Both the position numbers and the translations under genes were made by a program. Below the pieces are notes generated by a model that was not told where the DNA came from, made no database searches, and worked only from the letters and a program-made list of their open reading frames with translations. A stretch of DNA of 64,000 nucleotides from Candidatus Bathyarchaeota archaeon (lineage in GTDB: Archaea > Thermoproteota > Bathyarchaeia > Bathyarchaeales > Bathycorpusculaceae): the NCBI GenBank assembly GCA_963720565.1, contig CAVRFW010000009.1, forward strand, positions 256,001 to 320,000, read 5' to 3'. Below, in pieces: positions 11,375 through 20,767 of the stretch. Each line of letters begins with the position of its first letter. Within the stretch, counting starts at the first letter, position 1.

Positions 11375-13141
11375 TTGGTTGATGATGCTAAGCTTGACAA
11401 GTTTACTGCGGTTAACGAGTTGGCTCGCCGGAGAGGTTTTTTCTGGCAGTCTTACGAGATTTACGGGGGAGTAGGCGGCTTCGTAACTTATGGTCCCTTG
11501 GGTGCAAGATTGAAACAGAATATCGAGGCTAAACTCAGGGAGTTGTTTGTTACTAAGCTGGGTATTCTTGAAATCGAGTCTGCCGTGATTACTCCTGGGA
11601 AAGTCTTTGAAGCCTCGGGGCACGTGGATCACTTTAAGGAGCCGATGGTGGAGTGCTTGGAATGTCATAAACGTTTCCGAGCCGACCATCTGCTTGAGGA
11701 GTATGCAAAGATAAGCTCAAGCGAAGCTGAAAAACTGTCTCTTGACGAGATAAGTGTAGCGCTTGAGCGTCATGGTGTTAAGTGCCCCGAATGTGGTGGC
11801 TGTTTCAATTCGCCGCAGCGTTTCTTGACTATGTTTGAAACAACTATTGGGCCGTATTCTGGTTCTACGGGGTATGGGCGACCGGAGGCGGCGCAGGGGA
11901 TATTCGTGGAGTTTAATCGGCTTTATGCTGTTGCGCGGGAGAAACTGCCTTTTGGCGTCATCCAGATTGGTCATGCCTTGAGGAACGAGATTTCGCCCAG
12001 GCAGGGTTTGATTAGGCTTCGCGAGTTCACGATTGCGGATTTGGAGTTTTTCTTTGATCCTGAAGAGCCGGCTTGTGGTTTCCTGAAGGAAGTTGAGGAT
12101 GAAACCTTGCCCATTCTCTTGGGGAAGAATAGGCTTGCGAATTCAGAGGAGACAATAACTCTGACTGTTAGAGAGGCGTTAGACAGGAAGGTCGTTTTGT
12201 CTGAGTGGCAAGCGTTCTTTATGGCGATGGCTAAGAAATTGTTGATTGAAATCGGGGTTCCCGAGGAGAAACAGCGTTTTATTGAAAAATTGGCATGGGA
12301 AAAGGCTCATTATTCGCAGCAAAGTTTTGACCAGGAGGTGTACGTTGACCGTTGGGGTTGGGTGGAAGTTTCGGGTCACGCGTACCGTACAGACTACGAT
12401 TTGAGTAGTCACATGAAGGCCAGCGGGGTGGATATGCAGGTCTATAAGGAATACAAGACTCCGGTTGAGAAAGAGGAGCTTATCGTTAAGCCAATCATGG
12501 CAAAGCTTGGGCCTGTCTTCAAGAAGGAGGCTAGTAAGGTTGCGGAGCTTCTTTCCAAGGCGCCGGTGGAAGATGTAATCGCTTCGCTGAAGAAGAATGG
12601 AAGCTACTTGGTCGGGGACTACAGGATTTTGCCTGAGCATGTGGATGTGAGCAATCAGAAGACAGTTGTGCGTGGAGGTCGCTTCATTCCTCATGTTGTT
12701 GAACCCAGTTTTGGCTGTGACAGGCTTTTCTATGTGGCGTTGGAATACGCTTACGGCGTGAAAGAAGACAGAGTAGTCATGAGTTTTCCAAGGAGCATTG
12801 CACCGACACAGGTTAGTGTTTACCCTTTGATGAACAAGGATGGCTTGTTCGAGAAAGCTCGGGAAGTGCAAAAGTTGCTGGTGAATGAGGGGTTCATGGC
12901 CGAGTTTGATGATGCAGGATCGATAGGCAGAAGGTACGCGCGTGCCGACGAGGCTGGTGTTCCGTTGGGTGTGACCGTAGACTATGACACGTTGAGTGAT
13001 GGTTCAGTTACGATTCGGGATCGGGACTCGTGGAGGCAAGTGCGTAGCTCTCTGAAGAATTTGCCGCAGCTCTTGGAGAGGTACTTTCAAGGAAAAATAA
13101 GCTTTGAGGATATGGGCACTTTGGTTCCGGCGAGTAGTTAG
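11375..13141 (+). CDS. glyS: glycine--tRNA ligase (alpha2 type)
   Basis: RRGFFW..YEIYGG, SGHVDHF, RPEAAQG, RNEISPRQGLIRLREF, VVEPSFG, SIGRRYAR; likely TTG start (ORF open from 11300). Confidence 0.96.
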   Translation: MVDDAKLDKFTAVNELARRRGFFWQSYEIYGGVGGFVTYGPLGARLKQNIEAKLRELFVTKLGILEIESAVITPGKVFEASGHVDHFKEPMVECLECHKRFRADHLLEEYAKISSSEAEKLSLDEISVALERHGVKCPECGGCFNSPQRFLTMFETTIGPYSGSTGYGRPEAAQGIFVEFNRLYAVAREKLPFGVIQIGHALRNEISPRQGLIRLREFTIADLEFFFDPEEPACGFLKEVEDETLPILLGKNRLANSEETITLTVREALDRKVVLSEWQAFFMAMAKKLLIEIGVPEEKQRFIEKLAWEKAHYSQQSFDQEVYVDRWGWVEVSGHAYRTDYDLSSHMKASGVDMQVYKEYKTPVEKEELIVKPIMAKLGPVFKKEASKVAELLSKAPVEDVIASLKKNGSYLVGDYRILPEHVDVSNQKTVVRGGRFIPHVVEPSFGCDRLFYVALEYAYGVKEDRVVMSFPRSIAPTQVSVYPLMNKDGLFEKAREVQKLLVNEGFMAEFDDAGSIGRRYARADEAGVPLGVTVDYDTLSDGSVTIRDRDSWRQVRSSLKNLPQLLERYFQGKISFEDMGTLVPASS

Positions 13142-13207
13142 CTTTTTTAATCTACTTGCACAACTACTTGTTGAATAATTGTCGATTACTTTGGGTGGGA
13201 GAAGGTT

Positions 13208-13867
13208 TTGGTACTTCCAGCGGAAACAGAGGAACGTGTGAAACGTAGAGCATTGAACGCCTGTCAGGATAACTTACGTAAGGTTGTGGATTTAACAAGG
13301 AAAATTCCTCAGATGGTTGAGCATTTTGCTAAGGGCGATAAGGATTCTGCTAGGCAGCTTTTTAGTGAAATCAAGCAGGGTGAAGAAGAGGTCATAAAGT
13401 CGAGGCGTATGGTTTCGCAGGAACTCGCTGAGATTGGGGCTATTTTGCTTAGCAGGGAAGATTTTTTGAGGTTTACGAACCAGTCGAGTGAGATTGCTGA
13501 TTTCTCAGAGGGAACGGCTCATTACATTTTGGAGATTATGGAGCATAACTGGAATGTTTCGAGTGACATAAAGAAGGATTTGTTGAAGCTTTCGGAGGCG
13601 GTTCTTGATTCGGTGCTTAAGCTTAGGGAGACGATGATGGTTCTAAGCTATGGGCCGGCTAAGACCTTGGACAAGGCCAAGGACGTTGAGGTTGCGGAAC
13701 GAATCGTTGATGACATTTACAGAGCGCTTTTGATCAGGATTCTCACAGGCAAGTTGGATATTCCTGTGTTGCTGCTGTTGAAGGATGTTCTTCAGCTTCT
13801 TGAGAACTCTGCGGACAAAGCTGAAGATGCTGCTGATACTGCGCGGATGATTTCCTTAATCTTGTAA
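13208..13867 (+). CDS. DUF47/PhoU-like protein
   Basis: Helical repeat with REDF..F...SEIAD and ERIVDDIYR...LENSADKAEDAAD. Confidence 0.8.
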   Translation: MVLPAETEERVKRRALNACQDNLRKVVDLTRKIPQMVEHFAKGDKDSARQLFSEIKQGEEEVIKSRRMVSQELAEIGAILLSREDFLRFTNQSSEIADFSEGTAHYILEIMEHNWNVSSDIKKDLLKLSEAVLDSVLKLRETMMVLSYGPAKTLDKAKDVEVAERIVDDIYRALLIRILTGKLDIPVLLLLKDVLQLLENSADKAEDAADTARMISLIL

Positions 13868-13886
13868 TTGAGAGCGACGCGATTCC

Positions 13887-14441
13887 ATGGTCAAGATTGA
13901 AGTAGAGCTGATTGAGAATTTTCTGGTTGTTTGGGATTCCACAAAAGGCTCGGAGCTCTACAAGACGGGGTATTATGGAAAACCGCTTGGTATCGCGAAG
14001 CCCAAGATTCCTGAGTTCACTGTGCCGCTTCTTTTGGATTTGATGGAGGGCGTGTACTTGGCTGAGACTGGGAAAATAGCCGTTCATGAGGGTGAAGACA
14101 AGCAAAGGGTTAGTGTCAAGAAGCTCAAGCAAAAGGCTAAGCTGTTGTATGAGGATTTTGACCCGAAATACGCGGTGTACCGTGATTTGCGGGATAGCGG
14201 GTTGATTGTTACGCCGGGAATAAAGTTTGGTTGCGATTTCGCTGTTTACAAGTATGGTCCGGGTGTGGAGCATGCGCCTTACATGGTTTCGGTTAAGAAG
14301 TCGGGTTCGAGTATTTCGGCTACTGAGATTGTTAAGGCTGGTAGGTTGGCGACGACTGTGAGGAAGCGTTTTATAATTGCTGTTCCGGATTTGGCTGTTG
14401 AGAAAACGCAGTACTTGATTTTTAAGTGGTTTAAGGCTTAG
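13887..14441 (+). CDS. endA: tRNA-intron lyase (splicing endonuclease), catalytic subunit
   Basis: VYRDLRDSG...GIKFGCDFAVY...EHAPY...GRLATTVRK (Tyr/His/Lys triad). Confidence 0.93.
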   Translation: MVKIEVELIENFLVVWDSTKGSELYKTGYYGKPLGIAKPKIPEFTVPLLLDLMEGVYLAETGKIAVHEGEDKQRVSVKKLKQKAKLLYEDFDPKYAVYRDLRDSGLIVTPGIKFGCDFAVYKYGPGVEHAPYMVSVKKSGSSISATEIVKAGRLATTVRKRFIIAVPDLAVEKTQYLIFKWFKA

Positions 14442-15733
14442 CTTGGCATGATGGTTTGGTTTTGGAATTCTCCTCGTATGTTCTGGTGAGGATAGATTTT
14501 TGTGGTGGATAGTACGCTGCCTGGATCGATGGTTACGTCGTCTGCGACGACTGATATGGCGTTTATTTTTGTTGGTTTAGTTCGGGTTGAGCGGACGGTG
14601 GTGTGTCTTCCTATGATGCTGTCAAGTACTTCTGCTTCTTCGCCTATTATTGTTCTGTCCATGATTGCGGAGTTTTCTATTACGGCGTTTTTGCCGATTT
14701 TTGTGTAGTTGTCTATGCATGAGTTGACGATTCTTGCGCCGTCGTCTATTTGGCAGTGTCTTCCGATGAGGACGGCTCCTTCGATTTGGATTTTGTGTTG
14801 TTTTATTTTTTGTATGATTTCGTCTCTTCTTTGTTCAGATTCGTTGCTTTCGCCTTGTACCCATATTGGTGTTTTTTCGTTTAGTTGTCCTCCGAAGTCT
14901 GTTATTTTTGTGAAGCTGCCGTGTAGGAGATTTTGCATTGCTTCTAGGTAGTTTTTGGGTGTGCCTACGTCGAACCAGTTGCCTTTGAGGGTGTAGCCGT
15001 AGACTGGGTATCCTGCTTCTATGATGTAGGGGATGAAGTCGTAGCCGAAGTCTAGTCTGTGTTTTTCTTCGGTCATTTGTTTGACTGGTTTTTCTTTGAA
15101 GATTTTTCTTACTTCGGGTGAGATTACGTAGAGGCCGGTGTTTGCGAGGTTGGATGGGGCGTTTTTTGGCATGGGTTTTTCGACGAATCTGCGGATGCGG
15201 TTGTTTTTGTCGATGTCTGCGATGCCTAGGCCTTCGACGTTTTGTACTTCGCGGAGTACTATGGTCATGGCTGCGGCTTTGTCTGTGTGGAAGTTTATGA
15301 GGTCTTTTACGTCTATGTCGAAGATGTTGTCGCCTTGTACTGCGAAGACTGGTTGTTTTATGTCGTAGTATTCCATGTTTATTCTGGCGCTGTCGGCGCT
15401 TCCGTAGTCTTCTACGTTTGGTTGGTATTTTATGTGGATGCGGGGTTTGATGTTGTATCTTACGGAGAAGCCGATGCCTGTTTGGAAGTAGTCGTAGAGG
15501 TCTCTGTAGTTTGTGTAGCCTTTGACTCCGAAGATGTAGTTTTTTATGCCTTGGGTGGCGAGTGAGAAGAGTGAGAATTCGACTAGTGGTCTGTTTAGTA
15601 TTCGGAGGCATGCTTTGCTTGTTTCTGCTGTGAGAGGCAGGAGGCGTGTTGCTCTTCCGCCTACTGGGATTATTGCTCGGATTTTTTCTGGAGTGTACTT
15701 GTCAGCTAATAGGGGAGCGTAGTTGTCGCTCAA
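14438..15733 (-). CDS. NDP-sugar synthase (sugar-1-phosphate nucleotidyltransferase with left-handed beta-helix)
   Basis: GGRATRLLPLT, QGDN, FVEKP, NTGLY, WFDVGTP; hexapeptide C-terminus. Confidence 0.9.
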   Translation of the reverse strand: MSDNYAPLLADKYTPEKIRAIIPVGGRATRLLPLTAETSKACLRILNRPLVEFSLFSLATQGIKNYIFGVKGYTNYRDLYDYFQTGIGFSVRYNIKPRIHIKYQPNVEDYGSADSARINMEYYDIKQPVFAVQGDNIFDIDVKDLINFHTDKAAAMTIVLREVQNVEGLGIADIDKNNRIRRFVEKPMPKNAPSNLANTGLYVISPEVRKIFKEKPVKQMTEEKHRLDFGYDFIPYIIEAGYPVYGYTLKGNWFDVGTPKNYLEAMQNLLHGSFTKITDFGGQLNEKTPIWVQGESNESEQRRDEIIQKIKQHKIQIEGAVLIGRHCQIDDGARIVNSCIDNYTKIGKNAVIENSAIMDRTIIGEEAEVLDSIIGRHTTVRSTRTKPTKINAISVVADDVTIDPGSVLSTTKIYPHQNIRGEFQNQTIMPS

Positions 15734-15879
15734 AACGGATTCCTCATAAACCTTATAGTCTACTTATCAAGTGCGGAGCGTATTAACCTTTTCAACCTGG
15801 TTTTTGCCTGATTAGAAAATGTTTCAGGGTCTTGCGCTTTGCCTTGTGGTGCTGTTGTCTTTTGGGGTTTTGTGTTGTG

Positions 15880-16333
15880 TTATTTTCCTGGTTTTTTGAA
15901 GGTGGGTAGTCTGAGGATGTGTATGCTTACTGCGGCTGCGATGGCAATCATGATAATTTGCATTGGCAAGAGTAGTTGCGGTGGTAGCAGGCGGTTTAGT
16001 AGGAAGACGGTTGAGATGATGATGGTTGTCCATAGGACGGTTAGGGCGGTTATTTTTGTTCTTCAGGGGGAGTCCTTTGCCTTCTTTGTAGTTTTTGATG
16101 TATTCTCCGAAGTATTTGTTGTTTAGTAGCCAGTTGTACATTCTTGGTGAGCTTTTGCAGAAGCATGCTGCTGAGGCTAGGAGGAAGGGGGTGGTTGGGA
16201 GAATGGGTAGTACCATTCCGATGGTGCCTAGGACTAGGCAGATTAGTCCTGCGGTGAGCCACAGTGCCTTCGTGATTGTCCGTGGTTTCTTCTTGTCGCA
16301 TGCTAAAGTTGGTGAAGGGTTTGTTTCGTTCAT
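15880..16333 (-). CDS. YbaN/DUF454 membrane protein (one +1 frameshift near 16060)
   Basis: LGTIGMVLPILPTTPFLL..CFCKSSPR..WLL; removing one base near 16060 restores the hydrophobic C-terminus TKITALTVLW...RLPTFKKPGK* (150 aa). Confidence 0.85.
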
Positions 16334-16500
16334 GCTTTTTCTCCTTTCTGCCGTGGCGGGTTTTTGGTGTTTTGTTTGTGGGTTTGGTTCTTTTTTGTTC
16401 CTAAAAAGGGTTTGTTGTTGCTAAAAGTTGCTTTTTGTTGTTTTTGAGTATATTTTTATAACTTGGTCGAGGCTAATGTTTGTCTAAGCGGGGTTCATGT

Positions 16501-17356
16501 GTGACGGATAGAGTGCGTAGCTTTGTTCGGTTGATGCGGCCTGTAAACTGTGTGATGATGGGTTTCGCGGTCTTCGTTGGTGCGGTCTTGGCGAGTCCGC
16601 AGTTTGTTGGTGATTGGTGGTTTAGGGTGGTTTATGGTTTTTTAACGGGGTTTTGTTTGACGGCGGCTTCTATGGCTCTTAATGACTATTACGATCGTGC
16701 GATTGACGCTATCAATGAGCCGTCGAGGCCGATCCCGAGTGGCGCCGTCAGTGTGAGGGAAGCATTGGGTGTTGTCGTGGTTTTGGCGGCGTTGGGTTTT
16801 GTGTTTGCTTATCTAGCCAGTTTTGTTTGTTTGGGTGTTGCTGTTTTTGCTTGGATAATTCTTGTTGGTTATGTCACGGTTGGAAAGCGCGCTGGGTTAG
16901 CTGGCAACTTTTTGGTTGCTGCGTGTGTGTCTCTTCCTTTTATTTACGGGAGCGTGGCGGTTACTGATCAGGTGCAGTTGAATGTTTTGCTTTTTTCGTC
17001 TATGGCTTTTCTTAGCAATATCGGAAGGGAAGTGACTAAGGGCATAGTTGATGTTAAGGGTGACAGTGCAGAGGGCGTTAAGACCGTGGCCGTGCGTTAC
17101 GGAGAGAAGAACGCTGCAGTTGTAGCCTCGTTTGTTCTATCTTTCGGCTGTGGCTTTGACGCCGGTTCCGCCGGTTCTTGATTTGGTTTCTTTCTGGTTT
17201 ATTCCCATTGTCTTGATTACGGACGTGGGCTTAATCGTGTGTTCTGTCCTTCTGCTGAAAGACTATTCTAGGGAAAACGCTAGGAGAATCAAGAAGCTGG
17301 TTCTTCTATTGTTCCTGGTTGGTTTGCTGGCGTTCCTAGCTGGAGTCGTCAGGTGA
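16501..17356 (+). CDS. UbiA-family digeranylgeranylglyceryl-phosphate (DGGGP) synthase (one +1 frameshift near 17131)
   Basis: RPVN, NDYYDRAIDAINEPSRPIPSG, GREVTKGIVDVKGD...VKT; continues in ORF 17132..17356 after a one-base removal (284 aa). Confidence 0.88.
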
Positions 17357-18084
17357 GGCATGTGCTTAACTCCGAAGCCCTCTTCAACATAGGTTTGCTG
17401 ATAGTGTGTTACGGGTATATTCTGTTTATTATTTTCTTGTCGGAGAAGATGATCAGCGTTTTTCATGTTTCGCGCAAGTCTTCCCGCAAGGTTTTGCACT
17501 CGATGATTGGGAATCTGGTTTTCTTTATTCCCTTCTTTACTTTCAATTCTCTTCCGCTGAATTTTCCTTTCTTTGTTGCCGCCCCGTTTGTTCTTGTAAC
17601 GTTTTTGGCGACTCCCTACTCGCCATTTAAGGGTGTTTCTGAGCGATTGAAGGGCTTGTCGGACATAACCGAGGGTGGACATCAGACCGGTCTGGTTTTC
17701 TACGCCATATCCTACACGGTTTTGGCGTTGCTTTTCTCAGCGAAACCATACGTTATCGCGGCTGGAATTTTGCCTATGGCTTATGGTGATGCTTCTGCAG
17801 CTCTTATCGGAGAGAAATATGGTAAGAGGCGCTATCGCGTCTTCGCCAAGAAAAGTCTTGAGGGATCCCTCACCATGCTTTTGGTTACTTTTGTGGCCTT
17901 CTTTGGAGTTTTAGCGTTTCATTCCAGTTTATACGGTTTTTCAGTTTTCAACTATCTTCTTGCTGCATTTGGCGTAGCCTTAGTGGCGACTTTGGCTGAG
18001 GCGTTTTCCCCCTTAGGCATTGACAACATCACGGTGCCGGCTCTGGGTGCTTTGACTTTTCTGCTTCTAAGCGGAGGCCTATAG
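17353..18084 (+). CDS. SEC59/DGK1/VTE5-family CTP-dependent polyprenol/phytol kinase-like membrane protein
   Basis: SRKVLH, GLVFY, GDASAALIG..YG, KKSLEGS, AEAFSP.GIDNITVP; GTGA overlap with the upstream gene. Confidence 0.85.
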   Translation: MRHVLNSEALFNIGLLIVCYGYILFIIFLSEKMISVFHVSRKSSRKVLHSMIGNLVFFIPFFTFNSLPLNFPFFVAAPFVLVTFLATPYSPFKGVSERLKGLSDITEGGHQTGLVFYAISYTVLALLFSAKPYVIAAGILPMAYGDASAALIGEKYGKRRYRVFAKKSLEGSLTMLLVTFVAFFGVLAFHSSLYGFSVFNYLLAAFGVALVATLAEAFSPLGIDNITVPALGALTFLLLSGGL

Positions 18085-18085
18085 A

Positions 18086-18652
18086 GTGCCTTTCATAGTG
18101 ATTGATGGGCTTGACGCTTCTGGAAAGGATACTCAGGCTGTTCGTCTCTTCAACCATCTGAACGCTGCAGGTAACAGGATTTGCCTGCGTTTTCACCCTT
18201 CCCCAGACAATTTTTTCGGAGTTAAGGCAAAGCTGTTTCTGTATTCCAAAGGCAAAAGTGCGCACTTCGCATCCGCTTTGTTCTATATGCTTGATGTTAT
18301 ACGGTCGATTCTTCTTTTTACCAGGCGAGACTACAATTATGTTATTTTTGTTCGCTATTTGATGGGCACGGCTTACTTGCCTTCGCCCCTACACAAGGTT
18401 GCTTACCATTTCTTCGCTCTTGTAGTGCCGAAATCTGATGCGATGTTTTTCCTTGATATTTCTCCTGAAGAGGCTTATCGCAGGATACGGACACGTTCAG
18501 ATCAGGAAAGATTTGAGGCGCTGCCGGAGCTTAGAAAAGTTCGCGGCAAAGCCCTCTCTTTGGCTCTGATTGGGAAATGGATTATTTTGGACGCTGGCAA
18601 ACCCGTGGATGCTGTGGAAAAGGATATCCGAGAATGTATCGGTTCGATCTAG
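18086..18652 (+). CDS. thymidylate-kinase-like P-loop kinase (divergent)
   Basis: FIVIDGLDASGKDTQ, FVRY in place of xDRY, FFLDISPEEAYRRI..R, RFE. Confidence 0.75.
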   Translation: MPFIVIDGLDASGKDTQAVRLFNHLNAAGNRICLRFHPSPDNFFGVKAKLFLYSKGKSAHFASALFYMLDVIRSILLFTRRDYNYVIFVRYLMGTAYLPSPLHKVAYHFFALVVPKSDAMFFLDISPEEAYRRIRTRSDQERFEALPELRKVRGKALSLALIGKWIILDAGKPVDAVEKDIRECIGSI

Positions 18653-18740
18653 AATCTATGGGCGATTCTGGACTTGCTGGTTTTTGTTTTTGGCGGTAAA
18701 TTGAATAACAAGTCCGAAGTAACATTGGTGGCGATGTTTT

Positions 18741-18965
18741 GTGAACCTTGAGGAGTACACCAAAGAAAGGTTGTGGGATTTGCTTGTGGAGGCAGTCCAC
18801 GCTTCTGTAATGTATCCGAATCATAAAGCTTACACGCGGGACACTGTTCTGCCTGGAAAGGCCGATGTGGCTCCGGTGGAATTGGCGCACCGGCTGAATA
18901 TGCCTCTGGGCGAAGCCATAGTAATTTTAGATGAATTGGCAGCGGAAAAAACGAGCTCGGGCTAG
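18741..18965 (+). CDS. small hypothetical protein
   Basis: 74-aa ORF with GGTGG SD; possible HTH-like C-terminus. Confidence 0.55.
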   Translation: MNLEEYTKERLWDLLVEAVHASVMYPNHKAYTRDTVLPGKADVAPVELAHRLNMPLGEAIVILDELAAEKTSSG

Positions 18966-20023
18966 AGGACTTGAACGCTTGAAGCTTTGAAGACTATGAA
19001 GACCTCGTGGCCTAAGTTTAGGCCCATCTCGGTGAAAGACCTCTTGGTTATTTGAACCGTGAAAGGTTTGCCCGCGTCAACTCTGAGCTTCACGAGTGAA
19101 CCCGTGTCGGTAACTTCTGTGATTATGCCTTTGAAAACATTTCTAGCGCTGGACTCGATTGGTTTCTCAGACAAGATTATGTCTTGTGGGTTTATGAAAA
19201 TGCTGGTTTCGCCTTGTCTTTGACTGGTTATCTCGATTTTCACGCCGTTTCCTATGTCTACGATTGTTGATCCTTCTTCTGTTAATGAGGCGGTCCCTCT
19301 GAATGTGTTGCGGAGTGCGGCGAAGCTTGCGATGTTCTTGGATAGTTTTCCGAAAATTTCCGTTGGTTCTCCGATTTCGGTGATTTTTCCCTCGTTGATT
19401 AGTGCGATGCGGTGGGGTAGGGTCTTGGCTTGGAACATGTTATGTGTTGCCATTACGATGGTGAGTTTGTTTTGGCGGTTTGCTGCGTCTATTACTTCTT
19501 CGATAATTTCGGCGTTTTTCGGATCCAAGTTCGCAGTTGGTTCATCCAAGAGCAGAAGTTTGCTCTCGAGGACTAAGGCTCTGGCTATGGCTACTCTCTG
19601 TTGTTCTCCGCCTGAAAGCTTTCTTGCGGGTCGGTTCTCGAAACCTTCCAGTCTCACAAGTTTGAGGACTTTTCTTACTGCTTCGTCTTGAGCTTCTTTT
19701 GGGACTTTTCTGATTTTTAGGCCATAGGCAACATTGCTGTAGACTGATGTGTCGAAAAGGGTTGTTTTCTGAAAAACCAGTGTGGTTTTCAAGCGGGTTT
19801 TCTCTTCTTTTTTTGAGGTGATGGTTTCGCCTTCTAGCTTGACTTCACCACTTGAGGGGTTTTCAAGAAATGCCAGGATTTTCAAGATTGTTGTTTTTCC
19901 TGAGCCGTTAGGTCCCAGAAGTGCTAGTATTTCACCCTGTTGAATTTGTAGGTTCACGTTATCTAATACTGTTTTTTCTCCGTAACTCTTCGTTACGTTC
20001 TTCAATTCAGCTATTGCAGTCAT
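18962..20023 (-). CDS. tupC: tungstate/molybdate ABC transporter ATPase with TOBE domain
   Basis: GPNGSGKT, LSGGEQQR, LLLDEP, SSARNVFKG TOBE motif; operon context. Confidence 0.85.
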   Translation of the reverse strand: MTAIAELKNVTKSYGEKTVLDNVNLQIQQGEILALLGPNGSGKTTILKILAFLENPSSGEVKLEGETITSKKEEKTRLKTTLVFQKTTLFDTSVYSNVAYGLKIRKVPKEAQDEAVRKVLKLVRLEGFENRPARKLSGGEQQRVAIARALVLESKLLLLDEPTANLDPKNAEIIEEVIDAANRQNKLTIVMATHNMFQAKTLPHRIALINEGKITEIGEPTEIFGKLSKNIASFAALRNTFRGTASLTEEGSTIVDIGNGVKIEITSQRQGETSIFINPQDIILSEKPIESSARNVFKGIITEVTDTGSLVKLRVDAGKPFTVQITKRSFTEMGLNLGHEVFIVFKASSVQVL

Positions 20024-20035
20024 CGCTTTTCCTCA

Positions 20036-20755
20036 CTATTGAGGTAATCTCCATATTGTTAGCAGCATTTTTGCCTTCCGAGCTGCGATAATAATCATGT
20101 TTATGGCAAAAACTATTAGCATTAAAAGTATGCCCAGTGCAATTGCCAAGTCTAGGTCTCCTCGTGCTGTGTAACGGGATATGGCTGTTGTGAGAACGTC
20201 GGTTAAGCCTGCAATGTTGCCACCGACGAGCAGAGCCACGCCCAATTCCGCTATAGCTCGGTTGAAGCTGGCTATGTTGGATAAGAGGACTCCGTTTATC
20301 GCTTCCTTTAAGACTGCTATTGAGGCTTGTGATTCTGAAGCGCCTAAGGTTTTGGCCAGCTTCATTATTTCGGGGTCAACAGCTTCGATGGCTGTTGTCA
20401 TAATGCTGACGAGGATGGGAGTCACGAGTATGGCTTCGCCTAGAATTATTGCGCCTGGCGTGTAGAGTAGTCCTAGAAATCCTAATGGGCCTCCTCTGGA
20501 GAATATTAGGAATAGAAATAGGCCCAAAACCACGGTGGGTATGCCTATCAACGTGTTAAACAATCCTTTAACTATGCTTTTGCCTCGGAAGTCTCTTAGT
20601 CCGAGCAGCATGGCTGTTGGGGTTCCCCAGAGCGTTGCTAGGATGACTGCGATACCTGAAAAAAAGAGGGTGCGGGAGACGATTCCATATAGCATGGGAT
20701 CGCCTGTGGCTATCAGCTGGAAAGCTTCTATTATGCCACCGAGTACGTCGACCAA
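20036..20755 (-). CDS. tupB: tungstate ABC transporter permease
   Basis: FRGK...NTLIGIPTVVLGL...SRGGPLG...LLYTP, RAIAELG..LLVGGNI.G.T.VLTTAI. Confidence 0.88.
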   Translation of the reverse strand: MVDVLGGIIEAFQLIATGDPMLYGIVSRTLFFSGIAVILATLWGTPTAMLLGLRDFRGKSIVKGLFNTLIGIPTVVLGLFLFLIFSRGGPLGFLGLLYTPGAIILGEAILVTPILVSIMTTAIEAVDPEIMKLAKTLGASESQASIAVLKEAINGVLLSNIASFNRAIAELGVALLVGGNIAGLTDVLTTAISRYTARGDLDLAIALGILLMLIVFAINMIIIAARKAKMLLTIWRLPQ

Positions 20756-20767
20756 TGCTGTTTTCCT

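Noticed and set aside
12179..12871. 230-aa antisense ORF in glyS (similarly 57349..58047 in the malic enzyme gene)
   Set aside because: Shadow ORFs of well-supported genes with no recognisable motifs.
14835..15611. 258-aa Arg/His/Gln-rich ORF and nearby antisense ORFs
   Set aside because: Alternate frames of the NDP-sugar synthase, kept open by the extreme A/C codon bias.
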